64,000 bases of DNA from Vicinamibacterales bacterium (lineage in GTDB: Bacteria; Acidobacteriota; Vicinamibacteria; Vicinamibacterales; UBA8438), in NCBI GenBank assembly GCA_965223015.1, contig CBDCVL010000004.1, positions 448,767 through 512,766 of the forward strand, read 5' to 3'. Below the pieces are notes generated by a model. It was not told where the DNA came from. It worked only from the letters and a program-made list of their open reading frames with translations, and did no database searches. Shown in pieces: positions 11,968 through 22,033 of the stretch (the first letter of the stretch is position 1; each line of letters begins with the position of its first letter). The translations under genes were made by a program, and so were the position numbers.

Positions 11968-12651
11968 ATGGGTGCGAAACGATGGACGATTCTGTTGGGA
12001 GTCCTGCTGACGCTCGCCAGGCCAGCCACGGCTCTGGGTCAGGACGCGGCTCGTTGGTATGGCGGCGGTGTGGTCGGTGTGTCAGCGCTGTCGGCGGATG
12101 CAGAACATCGAGTCGGTGCTGAGTCCGGCGTTGTGTCGCTGTATAAGCCGGAGACTGGTTTGGCGGCGAATGTGCTGGTCGGTGTCCACCTGACCGACTA
12201 CGTGACCGTCCAGGCGAATTACATCTGGAACCGGAACGCGCTCACTCTGTTATCGACCAGCTTCGGGCCCGAGGAGACGGCCTTCTATGAACAGTCCAGA
12301 GATAGTTCGCAGCATGCGGTGGTGGCCGACGTTCTCTTGTACTTTCGCAACCGCGAGAGTCGGTTTCGCCCCTACCTCTCCGTGGGCGGAGGGGTAGTGC
12401 GTCTAGTGAGTTCGGCGAGCGGGGTAGCGGTTATCGCTGGAGTACGTCCGCCCGAGCAGGAGTTCGCGGAGTCACGTCATGTACTCAGGGTGGCGGTCGG
12501 TATCGACGTGAAAACTGGCCCAGGGTGGAGCGTGCGCTACAGCTTCAGCGAGAGTCTCAGCCGAAACCCGATCAGCCAGGCGCTGACCCCGCCCGCGAGG
12601 CGCAGATTGGCGAACTTTCAGAATCTGCTCGGCGTCGTTCGGATGTTCTAG
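11968..12651 (+). CDS. Outer-membrane beta-barrel protein (OmpA/OmpW-like)
   Basis: Signal peptide, amphipathic strands, FRPYLSVGGG, terminal Phe. Confidence 0.75.
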   Translation: MGAKRWTILLGVLLTLARPATALGQDAARWYGGGVVGVSALSADAEHRVGAESGVVSLYKPETGLAANVLVGVHLTDYVTVQANYIWNRNALTLLSTSFGPEETAFYEQSRDSSQHAVVADVLLYFRNRESRFRPYLSVGGGVVRLVSSASGVAVIAGVRPPEQEFAESRHVLRVAVGIDVKTGPGWSVRYSFSESLSRNPISQALTPPARRRLANFQNLLGVVRMF

Positions 12652-12728
12652 TCGCGAATGGTTCTGAGGATCGCGGGTTGGGCCAGCGCTGCCTCGAGTT
12701 TGGCGTCCCAAGTCGGGACGAGACTACT

Positions 12729-13064
12729 TCACGGACGGTGGAACTGTGCGTACGGACAGTGTGGCCAAAAAATCTGGGCAGACTCCATGTGCTCGGCAAG
12801 GACTCGTGCATGGCACACCCGGCACGGATTCATCGAGTCAACGCGTTCGCCCAGAGGGGCCGCGCATAGCGCTGCCTCGAAGATACAGAGCGGGCGTCCG
12901 CCGTCCTGCGTTGCAGACAGGCTGAGCAGCGGACCCGTTGCTGCGAGGTGGGTCAAAAGTGCCGAATAGATCCGAGACTTCAGGCGAGCCGGCGCGCGTT
13001 CCTCGACCGGGTCGAGCACGTCAGTTTCAGCGGCGAGCTTCTCGAAAGACCGTTCTGAATCCAT
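12729..13064 (-). CDS. Small Cys/His-rich protein downstream of the ECF sigma gene, candidate anti-sigma factor
   Basis: Starts just after the sigma stop codon; contains LCIFE, CRVCH and HCPY; no transmembrane segment. Confidence 0.65.
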   Translation of the reverse strand: MDSERSFEKLAAETDVLDPVEERAPARLKSRIYSALLTHLAATGPLLSLSATQDGGRPLCIFEAALCAAPLGERVDSMNPCRVCHARVLAEHMESAQIFWPHCPYAQFHRP

Positions 13065-13072
13065 GCTGTGCC

Positions 13073-13687
13073 TCACTCAGCTTCCCACAGTTGTCGGAAT
13101 TGTGCCCGCGCGCGTGCCAGCAGCCGCTCGATCGCCTTTTCGGTTCGTCTGGTCCGCTCCGCCATCTCCTTCGTGCTCCGCTTTTCCCAGTAGCGCCACA
13201 GCAGGACGAGGCCGTACGGTTCAGGTAGCTTCGCTAGTATCCGATGTGTCTTGTCTGTTCGTCGCTCGCGATCGAGCCGTTCCTCGAATGCGGGATGGGA
13301 TGCGGGCGGGGGAAGCGATTCATCGTCGGGGTTCAAATCGCCGATCGTGCGCAGCCGTTCGCGATAGTAGTCCTCCACCTTGTGCCGGGCGATACCCCGC
13401 AGCCACGACCGAAGAGACGACTGCCCCGAGAATCCTCCAAGGCCTCGAAGCGCGGCGATAAAGACGTCTTGCACGATGTCATCAACCAGTTCCGTGCGAG
13501 GCGTCAACCGCTGCCTGACGTATCCGTAAATCCCGTCGGCGTACTGGTCCACGAACAGTGCTGCCGCCTTGCGGTCTTTTCCGAGAACCGCCTCTATCAG
13601 GTCGCGCTCCCGCTTGACCTCCGACTCGGTCCGCGGCGGTGTCGTGACGCGGACCGGCGGGAGCACTTGACGCGCGTCTGGAGTCAT
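13073..13687 (-). CDS. ECF-type RNA polymerase sigma-70 factor
   Basis: Region 2 (DIVQDVF...SWLRGIARHK) and region 4 HTH (STKEMA...RLLARAR). Confidence 0.92.
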   Translation of the reverse strand: MTPDARQVLPPVRVTTPPRTESEVKRERDLIEAVLGKDRKAAALFVDQYADGIYGYVRQRLTPRTELVDDIVQDVFIAALRGLGGFSGQSSLRSWLRGIARHKVEDYYRERLRTIGDLNPDDESLPPPASHPAFEERLDRERRTDKTHRILAKLPEPYGLVLLWRYWEKRSTKEMAERTRRTEKAIERLLARARAQFRQLWEAE

Positions 13688-14002
13688 CTACTCTATTCAG
13701 TCGGCGCTGCTTCCGATTTCCCCCCAACCGTGCGAGGGAGCGTCAAGTCGCCACACGCGAGGCCTAGGAACGCCCCGGGCTTCGTCGCCGTTCGGATGAC
13801 GTCGGCACCTCCAGATCCCCAGGGGCTTGCTTCCGCTGATACCCCCGAGCGTCCGGCATTCTACAGGACCGAGGCCCGACGCCATCCCGCCCCGGAGATG
13901 GGTCTGGAAGCCTCGACGCGAGGCATGTCTAAATACAGGTCCAAATTGGAGCGACCGGTACGGTCGCTTCATCTTGCCCCCAGAGTACAGGAGGAATGAG
14001 CC

Positions 14003-14296
14003 GTGAAATTCATGGTTGCGTGGGAGATTCATCCAGAGAAGCGACACGAGGCTCTTCAGGCTTTCGCCCAGATGACAGATGCTGACGACGAAGCGGATCG
14101 CGGCGGTGTGACACTCATCGGTCGCTGGCACGACCTCGGAGCTGGACGAGGAGTTGCGATTTGTGAAAGTGACGACCTTGGGGCGGTGAGTCTGTGGGCC
14201 CTCAACTGGAACAGTGTGCTGGACCCGGAGATTTCACCGGTGCTCGACGACGACGAGGCCAAGGCGGTCGCTAGGAAGAAGTTCAGCCTGGGATAG
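14003..14296 (+). CDS. DUF3303-like protein
   Basis: MKFMVAW...IGRWHD...GVAICESDD...PVLDD pattern; GGAGG RBS. Confidence 0.8.
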   Translation: MKFMVAWEIHPEKRHEALQAFAQMTDADDEADRGGVTLIGRWHDLGAGRGVAICESDDLGAVSLWALNWNSVLDPEISPVLDDDEAKAVARKKFSLG

Positions 14297-14459
14297 GCTG
14301 GGCCGGGCGGTCGGATGTGCCAGCCCGTCAGCGCTGCTGGGGTCTGGGCCAAAGTCAGCGAGACCACCCAGACGGCGAACGAAAGCCGGCGCCCAGGGCG
14401 ACTTGGCAGCCGGGATTGGCTGTTTCTCTGCTCACTTGTGTGGCGGCGTTCTTGCTTGC

Positions 14460-14792
14460 CAGCGGGCGGAGGACCGGATCCTACTTCCAAACGCTCTACG
14501 GCGGCTCGCTTGCCTGGTCTGTAGAACACATGACTACCGCCTCCAGAGGGGCGACGGCCGCCTGTCCCTCTGCTGTCGGCGATGCGGCGTCTGCACACCA
14601 GGTTGGGAGGTGGGCAGAGGTGTCGGCGCACACGTGGCCCCGGTGCCGCCATTACGCATTCTCTTCGGTGACCCAGACCCAAACCTGGCGGATGCTTTCG
14701 AGCGGCCTCAGGCGATGCCCGCGGTCAGCACGGCTCGTTCGAGCCAGCGATCAGCCGGCTTTCGGCTTCTGCTCGACGAGCTTGATGACTAG
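14460..14792 (+). CDS. Small Zn-ribbon-like hypothetical protein, start uncertain
   Basis: CLVCRTHDY...LCCRRCG..TPGWE within ORF 14214-14792. Confidence 0.35.
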   Translation, partial: QRAEDRILLPNALRRLACLVCRTHDYRLQRGDGRLSLCCRRCGVCTPGWEVGRGVGAHVAPVPPLRILFGDPDPNLADAFERPQAMPAVSTARSSQRSAGFRLLLDELDD

Positions 14793-14838
14793 GCTCGCCA
14801 AGGCAACCGCGAGACTGAACATGGCTTCGGTGGCCTAG

Positions 14839-16303
14839 CAGCCCGTGGTGAAAGTCCTTCGTCATAGGGATCGACACGATTGACCGCTCGTACTACACTT
14901 CGGGCATGGCGATGGGCAAACGACGGCGCCGGGCGCGCCAATCGACGATGTGGGTGGCCACCGCAGATTTGCCGAAGAGCGCAGGGCACCCGTTTTACGA
15001 GCGCCTGAATCGCACGCTCGACGAGGCGGGCTTCGATGCCTTCGTCGAAGCGCAGTGCGCGGCGTTCTACGCCGACGGGGTCGGCCGGCCGAGTCTGGCG
15101 CCGGGCCGCTATTTCCGGCTGCTGCTGCTCGGCTACTTCGAAGGCCTGGACTCGGAACGGGCGATCGCGTGGCGCGCCGCCGACTCGCTGAGCATCCGCG
15201 AGTTTCTGGACTTCGCGCTGCACGAGGCCCCGCCCGACCACTCGACGCTGTCGCGCACCCGGCGCCTGATCGACCTCGAGACGCACCAGGCCGTGTTCAC
15301 GTGGGTGTTGCAGCGTCTGGCCGACGCCCACCTCGTCCAGGGGTACACGATCGGGATCGATGCGACGACGCTGGAAGCCAACGCGGCGATGCGAAGCATC
15401 GTGCGCCGGGACACGGGCGAGGGGTACGACGCGTGGCTGACCCGACTGGCCGAGGCCTCCGGCATCGCGACGCCGACGCGCGCCGAGCTGGCCCGCTTCG
15501 ACCGGACACGCAAGAAGAAGGGGTCGAACGACGACTGGACGAACCCGCACGATCCCGACGCGAAGATCACGAAGATGAAGGACGGGCGGACGCATCTGGC
15601 CCATACTGCCGAGCACGCGGTCGACCTGGAGACGGGGGCCATTGTGGGCGTGACGGTGCAGGACGCGGACGAGGGCGACACGACGACGATGGTCGAAACC
15701 CTCATCACCGCGGCGGAACAGGTCGAAGCGGTCGGCGCCGCCGGGATTGTCGAGTTCGTGGGCGACAAGGGGTATCACAGCAACGAGACGATGGTCGGGT
15801 GTGCCGCGATCGGGGTGCGGAGTTACGTGTCGGAGCCGGATCGCGGGCGGCGCACGTGGAAGGGCAAGGCGGGGGCGCGCGCGGCGGTGTATGCCAATCG
15901 GCGGCGGATTCGGGGCGCGCGCGGGCGACGGCTGCTGCGACAGCGCGGCGAGCTGCTGGAACGGCCCAACGCGCATCTCTATGAGACCGGCCGGATGCGC
16001 CGGGTGCATCTGCGCGGGCATCCCAATATCCTCAAGCGCGTGCTCGTCCACGTCTCCGGGTTCAATCTGGGACTCCTCATGCGGCAGCTGACGGGCGTCG
16101 GTACGCCGCGGAGCCTCCAAGGCCGCGCGGCCGCCGTGTTCGGCGCTTTGATCGCCGGTCTCAGTTGCCTCTGGACCCTCGTATCGCGCCTCCTGGGCAC
16201 CAGAGGCGCGCGATCGCCCGGATTGGTCGTGTAGCGACCCTGTGACACGGTGTCACGAACACCTACCCATCGATTTACGAAGAGCCCCTTCTACCACGGG
16301 CTG
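14839..16303 (+). mobile_element. IS1182/IS5-like element, transposase 14906-16234
   Basis: DUF772-like N-terminus (GRPSLAP, PDHSTLSR) and DDE motifs (IDAT, GDKGYHS); IRs CAGCCCGTGGT; TSD CTAG at 14835-14838 and 16304-16307. Confidence 0.9.
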
Positions 16304-16311
16304 CTAGTCTT

Positions 16312-17572
16312 TGGACTTGCCCCGGTTTCGTGGACGGGTACGGACTTGGGTTTCAAGCACTCTGCGGCAGCTGTCTCCTCTCGTAGTTGATGGGTGAACG
16401 ATAGCCGAGGGCCGAGTGGCGACGGTGCGGATTGTACCAGCCCTCCAGCCACTGGAAGATCGCCATCCGCGCTTCGGCCTGGCTGCGGAACCGTCGCCGG
16501 TTGAGCACTTCGCGCTCGAGCGTGGCGAAAAAGCTCTCGGCCATGGCATTGTCATACGCATCGCCGATGGAGCCCATGGAGGGCATCACGCCGGCGTCGC
16601 GGCATCGTTTGCCGAAGGCGTAGCTGGTGTACTGGCACCCGCGATCCGAGTGATGCACGACCGCCTCGGGCCGGCGTTGCGTCAACGCCATGTCGAGTGC
16701 GGCGAGCACGAGTTCAGTCCGGAGATGCGTCTCCATGGCCCAGCCAACGATGCGTCGCGACCAGACGTCGAGCACGATGGCGAGATAGAGGAAGCCGGCC
16801 CACGTCGGGACGTACGTGATGTCGGCCACCCAGAGACGATCCGGGCCCGCTGCAGTGAACTCCCGATCCACTTGATCCAGCGCCCGGTCAGCGGTGGGAT
16901 CGCCGATCGTCGTGGTCACGAAGCGCCGCGGCCGCAGGCCCTGCAGGCGCGCTGCGCGCATCAGGCGGGCCACACGTTTCTTCCCGACCCGACGGTGGTG
17001 ATCGTCGGCCAGCTCCGCGTGGATACTCGGCGCCCCGTACGCGCCGTCCGACCGCCGGTGGATCGCATGGATCAGGGCCGTGAGCCCGATGTCCTCCACG
17101 GCCCGTGCCGACGGCGGCCGCCCAGCCCACGCGTAGAAGCCGCTGGCGGAGACGCCCAGCAGCCGGCCCATGACCCGGACCGGATAGGTGGCCTGATTCG
17201 CTTTCATGAACCCGAAGATCGCTTCGTGTTCGGCGCGGTCTCCTGTGCGAACCAGGCCGCGGCTTTTGACAAGATCTCTCGCTCGAGCTTCAGCTGGCGA
17301 TTCTCGCGGCGGAGCTGCGTCAGCTCGGCACGCTCGGTCGTCGTGAGGCCGTCGGTCCGCCGACCGGTATCGCGATCGGCTTGAGCCACCCAGTTGCTGA
17401 TCGACTGGGCGGTCGGTTCAAACTCGTGAGCGAGATCTTCGGGAGTACGCCCGGCCCGGACCAACGCGACCATCTGTTCGCGAAACTCCGGCGGGTAGGG
17501 TTTCCTGGTGTTCGGCATCGTGGACTCCTTCTACCACAAGGGTTAGGTGTCCACGGAAGCGGGTCAGGCCCA
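16312..17572 (-). mobile_element. IS3-family element (a), copy 1; orfA 17204-17518, orfB 16353-17207
   Basis: TG...CA ends with IRs; rve motifs WVADITY, HSDRGCQY, DNAMAESF; TSD CTT. Confidence 0.95.
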
Positions 17573-17839
17573 CTTCCTTCTTTTCGCCGCGCTTTTCCAC
17601 CATCTTGCCAAGCGCTTGGCCAACTTTTTCAAGACGATCCGGTGCCTAGTCTCGGAGGATAGGATGCGAACGGGGTTTCAGGTCAGCGGCGGTATGATAG
17701 GCCGACTGCGAGAGGGCCGATGAAGGAATTGGTGTTTTGATTCGTCGGATCTGGGTTGAGGCTAGGGGATCCGAAGGTGCCTTTGAAGCGCCTGCACGGG
17801 ATTGGCGACCCTAGCCTCGTCCTAGGGATCCAGGGGTTC

Positions 17840-18295
17840 ATGCACTCTACGTGGGGGTGGCCGCTCGTTGAGTCGCTGCATTTCATCGGTCTCTCGTTGC
17901 TCATTGGGACCGTTGGGCTGTTTGACCTTCGTCTGTTGGGTCTGGCGAAAGGTATTCCCTTCAGCGCGCTTCACCGATTGGTGCCATGGGGAATCACCGG
18001 CTATGGCTTGAATGTCATCACAGGCTTCATGTTTGTCTCGAGTGTGCCTGACCAGTATCTATACAACCCGGCCTTCCAAACGAAGATTGCGCTGATGGCC
18101 GTCGCCGGTATCAACGTCACGTTCTTCTACCGATTCGTGTTTGGCGCGGTCAAGGCCGGCAGCCCCGATGACGACGCACCGAGGGCAGCAAGGGTTGTGG
18201 CCGCCGTTTCGCTAGGGTGTTGGATCGGCGTTATTGTCTGTGGCCGCCTCATTACCTATTTCCGTCCGCCGTTCTATTGGTGTGTCTGGTGCTAG
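17840..18295 (+). CDS. DUF6644-like membrane protein
   Basis: ESLHFIGL...DLRLLG...YNPAFQTK pattern. Start uncertain (the ORF is open from 17756). Confidence 0.7.
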   Translation: MHSTWGWPLVESLHFIGLSLLIGTVGLFDLRLLGLAKGIPFSALHRLVPWGITGYGLNVITGFMFVSSVPDQYLYNPAFQTKIALMAVAGINVTFFYRFVFGAVKAGSPDDDAPRAARVVAAVSLGCWIGVIVCGRLITYFRPPFYWCVWC

Positions 18296-18316
18296 TGGAA
18301 GGACACTCTACCGGTG

Positions 18317-19201
18317 TCACTCGGCCACCACGATGAGCACCGCAACGATGATGAGGGTGGAACACCCCATGGTCCAGGCCGACAGCGATTCGTCCGCCAA
18401 AACGTACCCCAGAAACAAGGCGATCACAGGGTTGACGTACGCGTAGGTCGCGACCTTGGGAGGCGTTGACGCCTTCATCAACCACAAGTAACTCCCGTAT
18501 GCCACCGAGCCCAGCACGATGACATACGCCCACCCGGCGAGCGCCACGCCTGAGACGGAGGCCCACGCGAACCGATGCATCTCGCCGCTGCCTACGGACA
18601 GCAAGAGCAAGACCACGCCGCCTCCGAACATCTGCATGCCGGACGACAGGGCTTGGGAGGAGGGTTGAGGTGCGTGCCGTGAATACACCGAGCCACCGGC
18701 CCATAGGATGCTCCCGATCAGGATGGCCGTTGCTCCGCCGAGGGCGATCTGTCGCCCGCCTGAGACGTCGGCTGGATCCACGAGCAACGCAACTCCGAGG
18801 AATCCCAGCACGACACCGAGCACGATGCGGGCAGCCGGACGGCGCCCGCCCGGCTTGAGCCAGTCGATAAGCACGACCCAGAACGGGACCATAGAGACGA
18901 GAAGGGCGGCCAGTCCGGACTGAACCGTTTGTATCGCCCAGGTCACCATCCCGTTGCCGCCGGCCGCCATCAGCGTGCCGATGACGCCCGTCGTCAACCA
19001 GTGCCAGGGAGTGGGGCGTCCAGCGCCGCGATACGTTGCCCACCCGATGAACGCGACGCCGGCCAGTAGAAAACGGACCGCGGCCATGAAGAACGGCGGA
19101 ATGGTCTCGACGCCGAGCCGGATCGCGAGATACGTCGACCCCCAGATGACATAGATGGCGGCGAAGCCAGCGAGGATGGCGAGCCGGGACGGTCTGGACA
19201 T
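18317..19201 (-). CDS. EamA/DMT family transporter (YedA-like)
   Basis: IWGSTYLAI, RFLLAG and YAYVNPVIA; about 10 transmembrane segments. Confidence 0.92.
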   Translation of the reverse strand: MSRPSRLAILAGFAAIYVIWGSTYLAIRLGVETIPPFFMAAVRFLLAGVAFIGWATYRGAGRPTPWHWLTTGVIGTLMAAGGNGMVTWAIQTVQSGLAALLVSMVPFWVVLIDWLKPGGRRPAARIVLGVVLGFLGVALLVDPADVSGGRQIALGGATAILIGSILWAGGSVYSRHAPQPSSQALSSGMQMFGGGVVLLLLSVGSGEMHRFAWASVSGVALAGWAYVIVLGSVAYGSYLWLMKASTPPKVATYAYVNPVIALFLGYVLADESLSAWTMGCSTLIIVAVLIVVAE

Positions 19202-19489
19202 GGGTAGTCCGGAGAGCGTACAGCCTACGTGGCGGCAGACACCAGAGTCGCACGACCGTGGTCATGTGTATCGTGCGGCAGTCGCACCGATGTCCGGCGT
19301 CGTGCTGACGCCCGTCGGAATGCGTTCGTACAGCCTTGTGTCACGTTTCTGCGATCACGGTGGAGCCGATCGGCCTCGCAGGCTACAATCGCACGACATG
19401 GCTCCATGGTCCGCTCCCAGCACTGGTGTGCTCGGCTTGGATGTGCGACTGATACGCTGGATATTGCCCGCTTCTTGAGTCGAGGTGAC

Positions 19490-20866
19490 ATGAAGAACGC
19501 CAGGCATCGGAGGTTCCACGTGACACGAGTGCTACTAGCGACGATGATGGCCGGATTCGTCCTCACCGGTTCGGTTGGTGCCGAGGACTGGCCCGAGTGG
19601 CGTGGCCGAGACCGGTTGGCCGTGTGGGACGAGCGCGGCATCGTCCAGGAACTTCCTGAGGAGCTCGAGGTGACCTGGCGAGTGGCCCTCGGATCTGGGT
19701 TTTCGGGACCCGCCGTCGCCGACGGTCGCGTCTTCATCACCGACTGGCAAGAGGACCCCGAGTCGCGAACGATGGACGGCACTGAGCGTGCCGTGGCTCT
19801 CGACGAACAGACTGGTGCCGTGCTGTGGACTCGCGAGTGGCAGACCACATACCGCATGTTGATGGGCTCGTATGCGATCGGCCCGCGCGCGACGCCGACC
19901 GTCGATGACGACCGCGTGTATGTTGTCGGGGCATCGGGACGGTTGCTGTGCCTCGACGTCGAGACTGGGGCGGTGGTCTGGGAGAAGGACTACAGGGCCG
20001 ACTACGACTCCTTCGTGCCTACCTGGGGAATCGCCAGCGCACCGCTCGTCGACGGCGACCGCCTGATCTCGGTCGTCGGTGGTGAGCCGGGGGCGTTGGT
20101 TGTCGCGTTCGACAAGTACACGGGGGAGGAGCGGTGGCGAGCGGTCGATGTTGTTGGCGAGATGGGCTACGGGCAACCGGTCATCTATGAGGCCGGAGGG
20201 ACGAGGCAACTCGTTGTGTGGCACGCGGCGGCGCTGGTGTCTCTCAATCCGGAGACAGGGGCAATCTATTGGGAGCAACCCTGGGAGGTCGGAGCTGGGA
20301 TGTCGGTGGCGACGCCTGTCAAGAGCGGAGACTACCTCCTCGTGACGCAGTTCTACAACGGTTCTATGATGATGCGGCTCAGCACTGATCGCCCAGCTGC
20401 CACGCTGCTCTGGAAGGGCGGGAGTCGGAGCGAGCTGCCGGACCAGACCGACGGGCTGCACGCGATGATCACCACACCGCTGGTGGTCGGTGACTACGTG
20501 TACGGTGTCGGCAGCTACGGCGAGCTGCGGGCTCTTGACGCCCGAACCGGGGAGCGGTTGTGGATGAGTCCAGACATGACGGCGCAGGCCAGGTGGGGCA
20601 CCGCCTTTATGGTGCGCCATGGCGACCGCTATTTCGTCAACAACGACGATGGGTATCTGATGATCGCGCAGTTCACACCGGATGGCTATGTGGAGCTCGA
20701 CCGGACGCGACTGATTGAACCGACGTCGAGCTCTGGTCTCGGACCGAGCAGGAGGTGGGACCGCCCGGTCAACTGGTCGCACCCAGCGTATGCCAACCGG
20801 CACATCGTTCACCGCAATGATCGGGAGATCATCCGGGCTTCGCTGGCCGCGGAGGACTACAGGTAG
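19490..20866 (+). CDS. PQQ-like beta-propeller repeat protein (BamB-like)
   Basis: Signal peptide, DWPEWRG, repeated D..TG..W units, WSHPA; GAGGTG before ATG 19490. Confidence 0.88.
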   Translation: MKNARHRRFHVTRVLLATMMAGFVLTGSVGAEDWPEWRGRDRLAVWDERGIVQELPEELEVTWRVALGSGFSGPAVADGRVFITDWQEDPESRTMDGTERAVALDEQTGAVLWTREWQTTYRMLMGSYAIGPRATPTVDDDRVYVVGASGRLLCLDVETGAVVWEKDYRADYDSFVPTWGIASAPLVDGDRLISVVGGEPGALVVAFDKYTGEERWRAVDVVGEMGYGQPVIYEAGGTRQLVVWHAAALVSLNPETGAIYWEQPWEVGAGMSVATPVKSGDYLLVTQFYNGSMMMRLSTDRPAATLLWKGGSRSELPDQTDGLHAMITTPLVVGDYVYGVGSYGELRALDARTGERLWMSPDMTAQARWGTAFMVRHGDRYFVNNDDGYLMIAQFTPDGYVELDRTRLIEPTSSSGLGPSRRWDRPVNWSHPAYANRHIVHRNDREIIRASLAAEDYR

Positions 20867-20938
20867 CAGGACTCCCGACCGCCCGCCGGCCGCGGAGGAC
20901 TACAGGTAGCAGGACTCCCGACCGCCCGCCGGCCGCGG
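20845..20938. repeat. Exact 43-bp tandem duplication (2.2 units) spanning the stop codon of the PQQ gene
   Basis: GGCCGCGGAGGACTACAGGTAGCAGGACTCCCGACCGCCCGCC at 20845-20887 and 20888-20930, then GGCCGCGG. Confidence 0.95.
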
Positions 20939-21280
20939 CCCGTCCCCACCAGGCTGCATACCATTTCACCCGCTCGCGCGAAAACGTAGGCGCGGTTTCA
21001 CAACTCGTACTTGTGCCGTTCTTTCGCGCCCAACCCGCCCGCTGCCAATTCGTCGCCATGGGCACGCTGGACCAGGCGTGAGCGTGGGCTCGTCGCCCCC
21101 GAGCGACCGACCAGCAAAGGGCGTTTGCCGCCGATCCGGCGCGGAACCTGGTGGAGGTCCGCTCTCACGCGCGTGCTCCAGGCGATGGCGGCATGGTTGC
21201 AGTAGTTCGACCGGCCCTCTGCGCGCCGCCAGCCATGCGAGAGGGCATGACGCGAGCTCAAAAGGGGAGTCGGAGTCGGC

Positions 21281-22033
21281 GTGAGAGAAATCATGGTCCG
21301 GGCGAACCGTCGAAATTACTATCGCTTGCTCCACGTGCAGCCGGATGCGCCGTTCGAGATCATCCGGGCGAGCTACCGCACGCTGATGCGAATCCTGAAG
21401 CACCACCCAGACCTGGGTGGTGACGACTGGAACGCTGGGCTTGTCAACGAGGCCTACGGCGTCCTGAGTATTGCCGAGAAGCGCGCGCAGTACGACCGTG
21501 AACGCCAGGGCTTCGAGCGACATCCAGGCCAGCCTGACCGTGTCCCGTCGACCCTCGCGTTTCCGGTGCACGCCGAAGGCCTCCAACTCGCCGAAAGCCT
21601 CCGACTCGCCGAACGACTCGTCTGTGCGTTCTGTCAGACCACGAACTACCGCGGCCGTCAGCATGTCGATGCCGTGTGCGGCGGGTGCGGTGCTCCCCTC
21701 CGGCTTGTCGGGCTCACGGCCGGCCAAGTGACCGAGCGTGGAACTCAACGCATCGAGCACCCGGGCGACATCCGCTATTGGGTGGAGGCCGCTGGGCTGG
21801 ACTCGACCTCCGGGCGCACGGTGGATCTGTCTCCGACCGGGCTCCGATTCCTGTCCCAGCAACACCTGATCCCAGCGTCGGTAATCAAGATCGAGAGCCC
21901 AACGCTTGCGGCCGTGGCGCGGGTGACCCGTAGCACTGCAGATGACCCGTTCGGATCGTTTGCGACCGGCGTGCGGTTTCTGACGCTACGGCTGGGGCGC
22001 CCCCGCGGCACCTTCGTGTCGACACTAGCGTAG
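21281..22033 (+). CDS. J-domain + Zn-ribbon + PilZ protein
   Basis: NYYRLL...HPD...EAYGVL...YD (J domain); CAFC...CGGC; RGTQR and DLSPTG (PilZ motifs). Confidence 0.82.
   Translation: MREIMVRANRRNYYRLLHVQPDAPFEIIRASYRTLMRILKHHPDLGGDDWNAGLVNEAYGVLSIAEKRAQYDRERQGFERHPGQPDRVPSTLAFPVHAEGLQLAESLRLAERLVCAFCQTTNYRGRQHVDAVCGGCGAPLRLVGLTAGQVTERGTQRIEHPGDIRYWVEAAGLDSTSGRTVDLSPTGLRFLSQQHLIPASVIKIESPTLAAVARVTRSTADDPFGSFATGVRFLTLRLGRPRGTFVSTLA

Noticed and set aside
12729-13064. c-type cytochrome call from the CRVCH motif
   Set aside because: There is no signal peptide or TM anchor, and heme c attachment needs export.
14789-20812. Long antisense ORFs (14789-16120, 16416-17384, 19535-20812; likewise 1694-2596, 37495-38451 and 48390-49751 elsewhere)
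   Set aside because: They are shadows of real genes in GC-rich DNA and have no recognisable motifs.
20845-20938. CRISPR-like repeat
   Set aside because: The units are contiguous with no spacers, and no cas genes are present.
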